DNA from: Iphione sp. A-MEVVRFRX5
Taxonomy: Eukaryota
DNA length: 64,000 nt
Reading direction: 5' to 3'
Assembly (NCBI GenBank): GCA_976226885.1
Contig: OZ320314.1
Span: 52,142,001-52,206,000, forward strand
Part shown: piece by piece, positions 51,801 through 64,000 of the stretch
Position numbering within the stretch: the stretch's first letter is position 1
How the letters are laid out: every line of letters begins with the position of its first letter
The notes under the pieces: model-generated
Seen by the model: only the letters and a program-made list of their open reading frames with translations
Told to the model about the DNA's origin: nothing
Databases searched by the model: none
Translations under genes and position numbers: made by a program

Positions 51801-52388
51801 CTCTGCGCCGCACCCAGCCGCTACCCCTTTGCTTCCTACCCGATGACCTGGCAGGCTTAATATCAAAAGCTGCACGGTAATAATAGGGTTCGCTGTCACA
51901 AAGAGCCAGCGAAAAGGCCGATCAGCTCAAAGCCGCCTGGATTTTATCGCTAGGGTCAACGTTATATAAGCGCCCCCTCTGAGCCATTAAGGACTCCCAC
52001 AGCAGAGAGTAGAGACTGTCTGAGGTCGGACAGTTTAAATCTTTATCGACCTAATGGAGGAGACCTGTAACCAACAGTCAATAGCAACTGTTCTCTCTGT
52101 CAACTCTTGTATGGTAATATAACCATATTGGTCCGTGACAGTAAGCCCTTGCCTACTTTGAATCTTTGTCTATTGAATCACTTTCCTTTACATAAATTTG
52201 CTTTGACAAAATGTCTGTATTCATTAGAATATACTTCTCATTTGGGGGGATTGTGATATTCAAAAACCTGGTGTGTTTGTACCGTTTTTTTTTTACTCAC
52301 TCGGTAGCACCCCAAGAGTAAGGACTATTGCATGCGTCTTATAACAGAATATACTTCTCAGCCGACGCTCTGGAGGCAAGCTTCATAA

Positions 52389-52622
52389 GGCCCCCCCTCC
52401 AAAAAAAATAGGTGTGTTTCTGGAAATGACCAGCCAAAAACCTAGGTAGGGAGGGGGTATCTTTTTTTCGATTTTTTTCCAATTTCTTTCCCTGGTTGTC
52501 AATAATGATTAAGACAATATCAAGAATTTTGACCAATCTAGATAGGTTTTAAATTTTAGGTAGGGTGAGGTTTTACTAGGTAGGGGTGGGTTACTAGAAA
52601 CATACCTATTATTTTTTTTGCC
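52389..52622. mobile_element. TIR MITE, ~234 bp, related subfamily of the GGCC-terminal family
   Basis: Left TAA|GGCC..CAAAAAAAATAGGTGTGTTTCTGGAAAT; right GTTACTAGAAACATACCTATTATTTTTTTTGCC|TAA. TAA on both flanks and internal TAGGTAGGG repeats. Confidence 0.85.
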
Positions 52623-53143
52623 TAACTGGGCCCAGTGGTAAGACTTTACTGTTTTCTCGCCGAAATACAATCCTCTTGTAAAAAATGGTGGATTTAATAA
52701 TTGCTTAGGGGAAGACCTCAGGATATTAACGCGCCTCCTTCCTGGTTTATAATTAGTTTCTAGCGTTTTCAATATCTTTGGGGGAGAATAACACAGCTTT
52801 GGAGTCGTATGGACAACACTAGGCCCGAGTTTCAGGTTCAATCTTTTATGTCTAAATTATCAAATAACAGGCCTACATGTCAGAACCTACAAATTTGTAT
52901 ACCTTTCTTTCACTTCCTTAAAAGTAAATCTTACCCAGTATGACATCTATGACATTTCGAATTCCTCTTGACATCATATTATCCACTGAGGTCAACATAT
53001 TGAAACATCCGGTACACTAGCCTTTACGTTATATATTTGCTTCACCAACACCTTGTTTTTCGTTTGGATGTAATGTGAGAGTTAAAAACAACACTTAACA
53101 GTCAAAAGACGTATGTTAATTGTATATCTAATGTCTAATAGAA

Positions 53144-53173
53144 ACTTTATTGTTGAAACACTTTATTGTTGAA
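53144..53173. repeat. Short tandem duplication (ACTTTATTGTTGAA x2, period 16)
   Basis: Exact 14-bp copies at 53144 and 53160. Confidence 0.9.
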
Positions 53174-54896
53174 TCGCTGAACGTTTTCCTATATCGGCAG
53201 TATCTTTCTTTCCTATGTTAGAGGGTGCGTAATTACTAGCCAAGCTCCCTCTCCTCCTTTCTATTGTTCTCCTTTAGGCACGAAACTACAAAAGTAGCCA
53301 TCAATGTAAACTTCCTGCATTGTCTATTCCATTCTATCTGTGGTCAAGCCGCAATCATATCTGAAATGGTAGTCTGGACAGGACGGTGGAGAGTATTAAA
53401 GCACGCTTCCCCCGCCCCCACCCCTTTATTTCCATATACGTTTGCATTCAGTAGGCCTTCAGTCTAAAGTGCCATTGTGGAACATATTCTTCCATCATCT
53501 GTCCAGAAATAACTTCAACATATAATGACACGTTTTTGACTGTTGTATATCCAGACGGCCTTGAGGTACCAGAACCTGAATACGAATGTTGAGTGTTGAT
53601 AGGAGACCTCTTACTTGTACGAACTCATGGGCATCATGAAAATATATTTCGTGATGTTGCTATCTCACAACAATAAAGGCTGGCAATTCATCGACGCTAC
53701 ACAATAGAAGTCATACGAACAGGCCATAAGACAGCAATGGTACTGTTAACCCTGCTAACAGTCAATACCCAATTACTAATCTGTCCTTATCCCTGAGTGG
53801 CCTGTTTTTCTCGCATTCCTTTTACAAAGTATTTTTTGTAGTCCAGTCGAACTTTTATATCAAATCCTTACTTAGAATGGACAATATTAATCGGACCAGG
53901 TAATTGCGAGTTGCCCAAAGTTGGTTATTCCATAGCATATAATAGAACCAGTAACAGTTGCACTCTATTCTACATTGCCTCCATGATTAGGATGCCAAGA
54001 AGGCGTGTTGCTAATGTAATTTCATTCGGAAATGGATCAGAGGCATGTTTCTAGTCTAAGTTACTGTTTATCGATAAATCTCATATGTCTTGGATACACA
54101 GCCTTTGCTACACAAATAACGTGGTCTGTACCCAAGAAATGTCCAACAGTTGGCCACAACAATCAAAGACAAATGAGGGTTGGACAACGTGCAACCGTTC
54201 AATCATTGGTTGAATTACATGTTTTCAGGGTTTACATGTCATCAGAGCTTTTGAAAAAAAACCAGAAAATTTCCATAGCACAAGAGGATTTCTGCTCCAC
54301 ATCTGTAACTATGAAACCTCGAGCCTCACCAAGTGGTACGTCTAACACTTTGCACGTTATAGAGGCATAAGAAGCAGAACAATGTCATATCTAAAATATG
54401 CCATAGGTTAGAGCCCCATCGCATCCTAAGTACAAGTTTACTGTACCCTGGAGATTATGAAGCAAAATATGAAGGGGTATTGTTTCCTTATCTGTTCTCT
54501 TAACTCATATGTTTGGGAAGATTGCTAAGGTCGGACCAGAGATGCTGCCACTGGCGCCTAGCAGCTATTTTTCTTTGACTGTATAGACTTGTGTTTTACT
54601 TTGGGACATTCCAGTTGCAGTGGGGCGCAAGGTCAACTGCGGGGGTTAATGCGACATATTGAGGACGCACGAGGTCGGAAAGGGCAATGTGTCTGAGAAT
54701 CTTGGGAAATAGCGAAGAGACGTTATTTGAAGGGGACAACTTCTGAGACTAGAAAGGAAAAAGAAAAAAAAACGATGAAGAAATGAAAGGCGAAGGATGA
54801 AATACAGATGCATACCCGTTGGATGAAAGGACATTCCAGGCCAGTGTTGTTATGCTGATGGCGTAAGACAAGACGGAGGAGAGATATAGAAACACG

Positions 54897-54915
54897 CTGC
54901 CACCAGGTGGTGCTG
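54897..54915. promoter_or_regulatory. Bidirectional CTCF-like motif
   Basis: The + strand reads CCACCAGGTGGTGC (13/14) and the - strand CCACCTGGTGGCAG (13/14), around the palindromic core CCACC-A-GGTGG. Confidence 0.45.
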
Positions 54916-55841
54916 ACTACAAATTACCACGCATAGGGAAATCACGCGTGTGGCGCAAGGACACATCCGTGAAGGTGTTACTAAAACCTGTTAGGTAGTG
55001 GTACGAACTAAAGGGTTCTCCTCTATCCGTCTGTTTCTTCCACAGAACGATTATATGACCAAAATCCCTACTCTGTTTAAAATATGTCTCGACCGCTACT
55101 TGATACGTATCTAGCCCCTTATTTCTAAGCCCCTTTCTACATTTCTATCTATTTCTACGTTCTGCTTGGTCCTATCCCTTAGCGTCTCCACCTCCATTTC
55201 ACATTCTCTTGGTTTTTAAACGGCTGTGCTCTCCTTGCTCCACGAAGGCCCCTCTGCCACTATTCCCTCCTGATGTACCATCAACAAACATACACAGATG
55301 TGCTTACTTAGTAAGCCGTTTTCTTCACAGCCATGTTGGCTGGATATTGGCTGGTCAGTCCCTCCCCCCACGTGCTTATATTTAGATTTAGGCCACTTTC
55401 CATGTGTATGGATATTTTTTCCACACAATGTCATAGTCCAGACAATGGGCGAATTTTCCAGACCCTTACAGACACCCCCTTCCCATGTATATGGGCAAGG
55501 CACGGTCAGGGAATGTCAGGAATAATCAGGGAGGGGTATATGCTCCAAAAGGTAAGAATTCCGAACAATTATATCAAAACAGTGTATTTTTTGTGCCAAT
55601 CAGAAAGAATTAAACCCAGTTATGTTAAAACGGGTGAAGTTTTGTGCGAATCATAAAGAGTGGTGCGCAATTCAGTTTTTATGTAAATGATTTGCAAATT
55701 AGACAAGTAAATCAGATAAAACTAACATATGCTAGAGTTCTACCTTCTTTAAACTCTCATTTTGCTACCTTACTAGTCCATGTTACTCTCCAGGGTCTGG
55801 AATCTGCGTAAATTTATGGACAATGCTCACTTTTGAACTCC

Positions 55842-55869
55842 GGAGCATGGAGCATGGAGCTTGGAGCAC
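55842..55869. repeat. 7-bp tandem repeat (GGAGCAT)4
   Basis: GGAGCAT GGAGCAT GGAGCTT GGAGCAC. Confidence 0.9.
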
Positions 55870-58800
55870 AGAAATGCATATATGGAAACAATCATGTTGA
55901 ACGTCATAGGACCAATATTTTCTGGACACACGGAAAGTGGGCATAGGCTACTATTTGCTGCTAGTGTTAAACAGAGGAAACAATACGGAAGCTGATGTAT
56001 ATATGCGTCAATCTCACGTCTGACTGGTGCACTACCAGAAGCAACTTAAGGCACTAGGACAACATCTCCGCGCCGAGATTGCCGACTGACCAGACTGTTG
56101 TAGGCTGCCTTAAGAGTTTCGGTAATCATCTTAATTCAATGGCAGAGAAAAGGATATTGTTAGGAAGTATAGAAAACTCTGTCTATAGCATAGACAGTTT
56201 CTGTATGTTCTGTATGTTTATATATATACATGTAGAACAAGAGATTTTGCACAATCATATTTCAAATAGAAGTCATCTAGTTACAGCCGAAAGAAAAAGA
56301 ATTAATCGCTTGAAATGTTCTCCAAGTAAGATCGTCGTGCCTCAAAAAGAAACAATAGAGAAGAAAGATTAAGTTTATTCAACGCATGCGCTATGATGAT
56401 GAAATATTTATCAAAACATACCATATGAAGCGTTTCTCTAAGCCTAGCGTTGGTGCTGAAAGGCCATGTAAAACATTCATTTACGACATGGCGATCGACA
56501 GAACCTTTAGAAAATCATACATAACGATGGTGTGTTGAGTCCCCAACTCTATGAATGGAATCAGAAAATGTATTATACTAGCTGTAATATTGTTCTTCGG
56601 CTTGTCGGCATCTGGAAATCTTACCATGTATGAGAGATGAGACAATAAACAACTATTATTATCATTATTATTACCCCTTCAGGAAGTAGCATAAATGCTT
56701 CTTATACTTATATTTCTTGATATCTCACAGTTCTATTCCTTTTCCGGTATAACCCTAAACCAATATGTATTTTTCTGTGTTGTCATTTTTACCCATGATA
56801 TGATACGCTTCAATTTATTAGAAACAGCAGTTATAAGGGGAACACAAAGGTTTGGGGCATTCTGTGGTTGATCGGGGAGGGAATAATAGAAATACTTGTA
56901 AACATCTTCTAGGCACTGTGCTAATGCTCGTTAGCAAGGGCCTTTCAACATTTGAAACCTTGGATGAACAGTCTGGGTAGGAAATACATAAAGGAACTGA
57001 AAATGGAATCGCATATTACAAGGAGAGCAGATGAAGTTTGGGAGTATTAGCGTTAAAAGAAGCAGGAGTGTGATCAGAAAGCTACCTGCAAATAGCTGGT
57101 AACATCCTCGGTATATATAAGATGCCTGGGAATTTATCAAGGACCTGACGGTTGAAAGCTTCTGAAATTTCCAAGAAAAGCCAATATAATCGTATAATAG
57201 GAAATAAACAAATAGTCAGGTTGGTGGGAAAAACTAAGTGGCAAAGCTTAGCAACATGACGAAATATATAAGCCTACTGCAATCCATCCTCACACAACTC
57301 TACCTTCTCCCGTGACTTCCTGCTCCCTTACTCCCCACCTCCACCAACTGGGCACATGTACATATGATCTGTAGTTTGAAACAGAGACGTTAACAACGAC
57401 GATCACATTTTCAGCTTTTTAGTTTAAAACACACAAATATACTTGTTGTCTTTTATTTCAATGCGACAAAGTACAGAATAACATTACCTGAATGAGTGAC
57501 AACAAAACCTGCTTAAATACACATTTGATATACACATGCACATGTATTCAATTTTCTGTAAACACTTGATAGTATTATAGAATAAATCTTCTATAAGAAA
57601 GTCACATTCATTCTACCTTTATTCTTAAGTTTTTTTTATATATTAGTTATCATGCCATATTTGATTCGGAAATCCCTTCAACAAGGTCTCAAGCACTGTA
57701 AAGTGTGATACAATCATAAGTGCATGGATACGTGCTTGTTTAAGCCTTTACATAAAGGAAACTATTTCCTCGGTATAAGTATAAAAGTATAACCGAGTTT
57801 CATATATCTTCCCCCGATGCATACGAGGCGAACCGGTGGTGATGCTTTATGGATATACTCTCTTTCCAGCATGCTGGGAGGATGAGAGCAACTCCCCCTG
57901 TCGGACTTCTTTTACCTAGGGCAGCTACTGGTAAGTAGACTCTAAAGTTATACATTTCCGTATGAGAAACAATAGCATATGTGCTTGTAGTTTATGGAAT
58001 CGTATATGTCAGTGCAGTTCTAAATACCTATTCGTGTACATATTATTCTGTTTTACAACCAGGATAAATACCGAAATATTGTCACCGAATACCGCTGAGG
58101 GCAAACAATTCTGTCTGCAACTTCATTAATGGATACGTGTATGTTGTAGACCCTTCCCCGGTAAACACGATTATTGACATCCATTCAGTCCTCCTTTACA
58201 TAGAAGATAAAGTAAATCTATTCCGACTTTGTTAATATGATTGACGATCCTGCAGAATAACTTATTGGAGCATGCAGCAAATACTCTTACGTGATAGGCA
58301 CAACCGTGCTACTTTACCTGGGAATACGTTAACATGGAACCCAATGTTGGATGCTCTCAAATATCTCCCGATGGTACACATCGCCGTATGTTATTTGACC
58401 TTCCAAAGCCGAAACGGGAGTAACATCAGTTTGCAGACACAGCCTATGCACGATATTTCTAGGGATAGTATAATTCCTGGCAAGATTCTGCATCTGCTTG
58501 CGATGAGGACTGCATCTGGAAAAAAATGTTCATTTGAGATGTACACTCAAGATACGTCTCCAGCTAAAGAGACAAGATTACAGACTGAAAATACATATGT
58601 TTTGAGTATTATCCAATGTGCGGTTTTGACGCATCGCATTATCCCCCACTACAGACGGGGGAACTTGGCTGGTGGAAAGTAAAAAGTGAGTAGGGAATAG
58701 TGGATGAATGATGGCAGAAATGATCGAGATGGGGAATAATTGCCGATCTTATGCATGTACATGTTTCTACGGAATCAACGTGTCCAGCAGTCTGTTGGCA

Positions 58801-59344
58801 AATCACAACTTGATATACGTTAATATGGTATATTGACATACCTAACATATTGACATACGAACGTAGGGTGGTTAATATGTCCCCACTCTATGGACACTTT
58901 AGGGTTATTTCGCCACGCCTCCTAAAAATGAAGACCCCGACGCATTTATTGGAAATTAAGAACAAACTAACTAGTATCTCCGTATCCTCTACCACCATAC
59001 ATTCTAATACGTCTGCGACACAATTTGTACCAATACTCATATAACAAGTGCATTTTACAAGTTTATATATGCATATGCTAGTCTACATCCGCCTTACTTC
59101 TGTGAATTCTGTTGGCCCATCCCTGAAATTCTTTTTATTCATGGTTGGTTTAAGAATTCATACATTATAGTCCAACCAATGTCAAATTAAAGCAGTAGGT
59201 TACAAAATCATATTTTTTTCTTTTTCCCACTTGCTGTCGTTATTCCTCTAGGACCTAGTCTGCTAAACTGAATAGTAATGAAAGCTCAAATTCAACATTG
59301 TTAATCTCTGTTTCAGTTTGTCTACAAGTTTCGCTTTGCACCAG

Positions 59345-59676
59345 CCTTCCTCATTATCAAAGTTCTGTGTTTCCAGTGACCAGACCGACCCTCATTTTGG
59401 TGCCTATGGAGAGTTTATTTTATTATTATTTTGCAAATATCTATAAAATGAATATGATATACCGATTTGTATACTACACCATTTTGTTGCTTAGACCATT
59501 GACCTTTATAAGATACTAGTTGCATCGAAATATAAGACTAAGAAGTGATATTACCATATACATAAGTTATTTTCAATATCAATTAAAACTGGGAAAGAAA
59601 GAAAACTGATAAAAACCATTTACTTTCTGACCCTTTATTTTTCAGCATGTTACTGGAAACACAGAATTTCTTGGGC
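59345..59676. mobile_element. TIR MITE, ~330 bp, same family as 45980-46319
   Basis: Inverted repeat TTCTGTGTTTCCAGTGAC (59363-59380) versus GTTACTGGAAACACAGAA (59649-59666), 17/18 matched. Shares GACCGACCC and GACCCT..GCATGTTAC subterminal motifs. Extreme termini are eroded. Confidence 0.8.
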
Positions 59677-60768
59677 TTTAGAGTGTTGTCCATCTTCATA
59701 TCAAGCAGTCAGGGACAGTTGATGTAATAGTACGCATGCACACAACCACTTTAGTATTTGTCTACCAAAGCTGCCTCTATAAATTTCTGGCTTACTCGGG
59801 TCGGGTCAAGCCTTCACAGATCATGCAACCCACAATGAATTTCCCATCAGAGCAACATGATAACCAATTCCTCAGATTCCGACTTGGTGCCTAACATATA
59901 TTCTTTTGTCACATATCACAGTGCAATGGAGCTGTAATTTAACATTTGTTATCATGGTTTCTAATTGTTTTCCACATTCAGAATAAGATGAAGGACGTGT
60001 GAAACCTCTTTCACACAAAAGCTCTGTCATGATTCATTGAAAATTTAAATTGAAAAAATGTGCAACAAGGGCTCACAAATGGTGAATGAGAATGAGTTCC
60101 AAATAAGATGGATCCCAATCCGCTGATGCTGTTCGATTGAGTATTTATGAGCGAGGCTTAGTAGTTTGAAAATGCGTCTTTTTCGCAGCTGCTTTGAAAT
60201 ATAGATCGATGTGATTGATGCTCGCGCAAAAACAACAGACGTGTAAAGTATTTTTTCCTCCAAAGGTGTTATCAATAAATCGCGAACGTTGTGAGCATTG
60301 CTTCGGTTCGATCCCAATCAATGGCCATACTGGTGCAAAGCAAGTGTTAATCATTATATAAAAGGACACATTCTCAGGTTTCTATTTTTTCGGTGTAAGA
60401 TTGATAAAATATCATTATCAAAAGAAATTTCATTCCGGGTGAGGAACATGTTTACCAAGTCTCCTCTCCCTCTGTATTCCCATCACTAATTGGTGATACA
60501 AGGCCATAACGAAATGATAACACTCACAGTTAAACCAAATACAAAAATTCCAGTCAATATATAACTTTCCGCCCCATGATAGTTTATCTAGTATATTATT
60601 TCATCCTAAGTGGGGTAATACAAATTCCTTATCAGGAATTTTATTAGCATTTTCATTGACAACTGTAACATTTCCAGGGCTTAAGATATGCGCTGGTATC
60701 ACAATGCCTATTATTGTATGACAGAAATACTAAATAATAAGTATTCCTATTACTACCTTTAAAATGAC

Positions 60769-60933
60769 CATCATAAAGTACCACCTCCATCATCAGCATC
60801 ATTACCATCAGTATCATCATTGCCATAACAATCTATGTCATTTTCATCCATATAGGCCCTATATCATGAATATCATTATCATACTCAGCAGCAACTCTAG
60901 CAGCAGCATTATCTTCATAATTGTTATCATCAA
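60769..60933. repeat. Degenerate (CAT/CAG)n trinucleotide low-complexity tract
   Basis: Repeated CATCAT, CATTAC, CAGCAG words. Explains the His/Ile-rich ORF 60764-60955. Confidence 0.8.
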
Positions 60934-63900
60934 TAATTTCCAATATATTGTATAATGAGCAGTATCCGTTCTAGGATAATTTAAATGGAAACCTAATTTC
61001 ATGGGAAGACTTTAGGGTGCAGAAAAGTGAACCACATATGTAGCGGGCTTAGACGAACCCTTGCAGCCAATGTAATGTAAACCCGGAAAGAATTAGGGCA
61101 CCACATTGTGTGTTTCTTTTGTTCTGTGGTTGGTATACCGATACAAATTTTAAATTGTGCATGTCAGTTGAGATGGACTTAGGGAATATTTGACCCACAG
61201 ATACAGAACGAAAACTAACTTTCGTTACAGACAGATGACGATTACGTGAACCTATCGTGAATGAGGGCGTCTTAGTTCAAGCAAAGACATGTTATTCTAC
61301 TGCAAATAAAATATATCATCAGCATACATTGTACCTGAACATATTATACTTTCATGCTAAACAATGCCACGGTCTCCTGAGAAGCCGTGTTTAAGTGGAA
61401 CACTTCACGTATGAGATTAAGCCTCTCTTCGAAAGGGTTAAAGCGTCAACTGAAATACGATACGCCTATAAAAAACGCATTTTGTTTTGACAAACCGAGC
61501 AGCAGGTGCTGCGGGTGGGGCGTGTGTAATGTTTAATACAAATCCCTCCACCGATTAGGTGCCCTATTCACAAGCACAATGCCGCACCATCGATCTCATA
61601 GTGCACGGAGATGCTGGAGGAGTATGAGTACGCGCTCCACACTTGGTCCCTGCATCAGCTATTACACCTACCGAGCTATGAATGAGCAAAAGGGAAAAAA
61701 ACTATTTCAACGGTAATTCTCCCAGCAGGGATTAGTCTGTTAGTGACCGGTTTATACCCTTCACTGTTGCTGCGGGATAAGGGACGGGCTGAAACATAGC
61801 GGATTAAATAAGTGCTAGCGCCCAGGGCTCATCTAGGAAGTGCCAACCATTAGGCTGGCTCTGGCTGGAGGCTAATTGCATTGGTATCATCGCATTTAAT
61901 CTGTCTACTTTATCATGGGGCTATTACCGCATATCACTTTTGGTTACTTGTCGACTGAAACTAGACTCCCTACCTCGGTATTGGATATATGTGTGTTTGG
62001 TTTACGCGTTAATGTGTGTAAGCATTCGCTTTGTGATTATTACTGTGCATGAATGAGTCTTTATTTAATGTGCATGCATTTGTGTGTGAGTCAGATTGTA
62101 TATTTGTATCTGTGGGTGTATGTATTGATTTTTGAATTATGTATTCAAGTATCAGTATTAAAAATCCTTGAGCAAAACGTTATACCATGCAACGAAGAGA
62201 GGATAGGTAAACTCCATTTCGGTACACACACGGTAAACACATTCAAATATAACACATTTTATTTTTAAGCATCCCACACTGGGCTTGAACCATAAATACA
62301 CAGTGAACCACAATGTTACTAAAACACAATGAAGTTATCTTTCAAGATCTCCCAAGTTATACCACATAACGATGGTGTAGACATAAAATAGGAAAACTGG
62401 CTTTGTTCAAAAACAGACTGCTTGAATTCGTCTACTGGGACATTGATCATTGAAACACCTGCAGTTCTTTAGCACTTATACCCTTCTGAAAAATTAGAAG
62501 AAACCAGTTGTTAAACGCTTCAAAACATACATCTCGTCTTTTTCATCAAATCAATAAAAAAAACCAGACACACACAGATATAAGAACACATCAGCCATCA
62601 CATGATTTCAGACAAATATAACATTGGAAAAATATTTATATACGTGAACTTAAGTTCTTTAGATTGTGCATTCCTACCCGTCAAATATGAATTAGCAACT
62701 CATTACACTACGCAGTAAACATGGAAACTTAGCAGGAATAACCGTAAGTCATTATACAGTCAGTGTCATAAATAAGTACTGGCGTGTTTAAATTATATGC
62801 TTAGTCAGAAATAATGTACGAATTCATATTAGGAACTCTCTCGCAATAGTTTTGGAGTAGTAAAGTTTCAATAATCGTCGATGCATAGCAGATTATTATA
62901 TTAGTTACAGGAAGGGGGAGCAATTATGAATTTTGATAATTAGAAAGGCTTGATGAAAATTGTTCATCATCCAGGATTCTATAGGCCTGTTACTAAAATT
63001 TTAGATTTTTTTTTATAAGATTGGAGTACATGTATATCTTCTTACCAACCTTGTATATATTTCATGACGCCACAGGGATGATAAAGAAAACAGTAAAATC
63101 ATTATTATTGAATTATCCGTCAAAACCATCAACAGGACCTTTCAGACTCGTTTTAATTATCTGTATTTATGTTGGGACGCGGTGTGAGCTTAGTGAAGTG
63201 CCACTCAAAGATTATTTTAATAAGTGTGAGATGAAATTTCGTCTGATGACTTATTTCAGTGGTAACTTAACTTTTGAATTTGGTGATTTGGATGGGAGAG
63301 AAAGTTCAATGAAACTTGGTTTGATTTTTCGAAAACTTCCTGTGCCTCAGAATCAGCACACTACCGAAGTAAGTTTTTTCCATCAAAATTCCTAGGTCTA
63401 AACCAATTTTAGTCAGAAAATCTCCAGTCCTCTACTGAGAGGAAAAAAACTAAAATGTCCGAACCGCCCTTTTAGATTTAAAGCTTTGTTCATTGATGTT
63501 GAATCTTCTAGAATCGAGATAGCACTTGCAGTGAGCCCTCATCTGATCTCTTTTATGATTAGTTAGACCTGAGAGGCGTTGAAGGCCTTCGCTTCTATTT
63601 TTTACGGCATAAGCACAGCTGGCCAAGTTTGAATTGGGTGGTTTGTAAGAATCAGTGTATTGGACCTCCTCGTCTAATCTACATTCAATCCGCTAGTAAT
63701 GTGAAGAGCTTTTTACTTTCATGACTTATGAATTTTAGATGCGAAAGCTCTTAGTTGAAGCTGTGTATCAAATGTGTGCTAGCTGTTCTTTGTTTATCAT
63801 ATTCTATCACTATATATGCAAGTCAAATCTGGCGCGTATGGTATCTGAATACGATTCCCAGAAGTGATGTGACTTGAACCGTGCATGACCTATGCAACTC

Positions 63901-64000
63901 CTAGAGTTTTCTGCTTGCAAAGTTCTTCTAGATCTTTATCAACATTGTGAACATGAGCACGCTACAGATTACATGCGCTATTACATTAGCCCAAGATAAA

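Noticed and set aside
58272-58682. 136-aa ATG-initiated ORF
   Set aside because: No recognisable motif, no splice or poly(A) support and no clear codon bias.
63250-63475. Possible right end of another DNA element (AAAATGTCCGAACCGCCCTTTTA)
   Set aside because: Looks element-like, but I could not find the matching left TIR in the window.

Overview
Eukaryotic, AT-rich (roughly 40% GC, by eye) animal genomic DNA. The repeat types and CTCF-type motifs suggest a marine bilaterian such as a lancelet or another invertebrate deuterostome; this is inference, not an identification. I found no intact, recognisable protein-coding gene, no RNA gene, no CRISPR array and no prokaryotic operon. The longest ORF in the track is 146 aa, and only the LINE-derived ORFs resemble a known family. 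What I can support is transposon debris and simple repeats: a decayed, internally deleted L2/CR1-group LINE (29.4-31.0 kb), an RTE 3' end, a fainter RT remnant, a tRNA-derived SINE head, four copies of one TIR MITE family, a Tigger/pogo-like MITE, several mini- and microsatellites, five CTCF-like motifs and one promoter-like motif cluster. A few short splice-signal-flanked candidate exons have unrecognisable translations and may be chance. I did not find a novel biological system that the sequence supports; all findings are modest leads.
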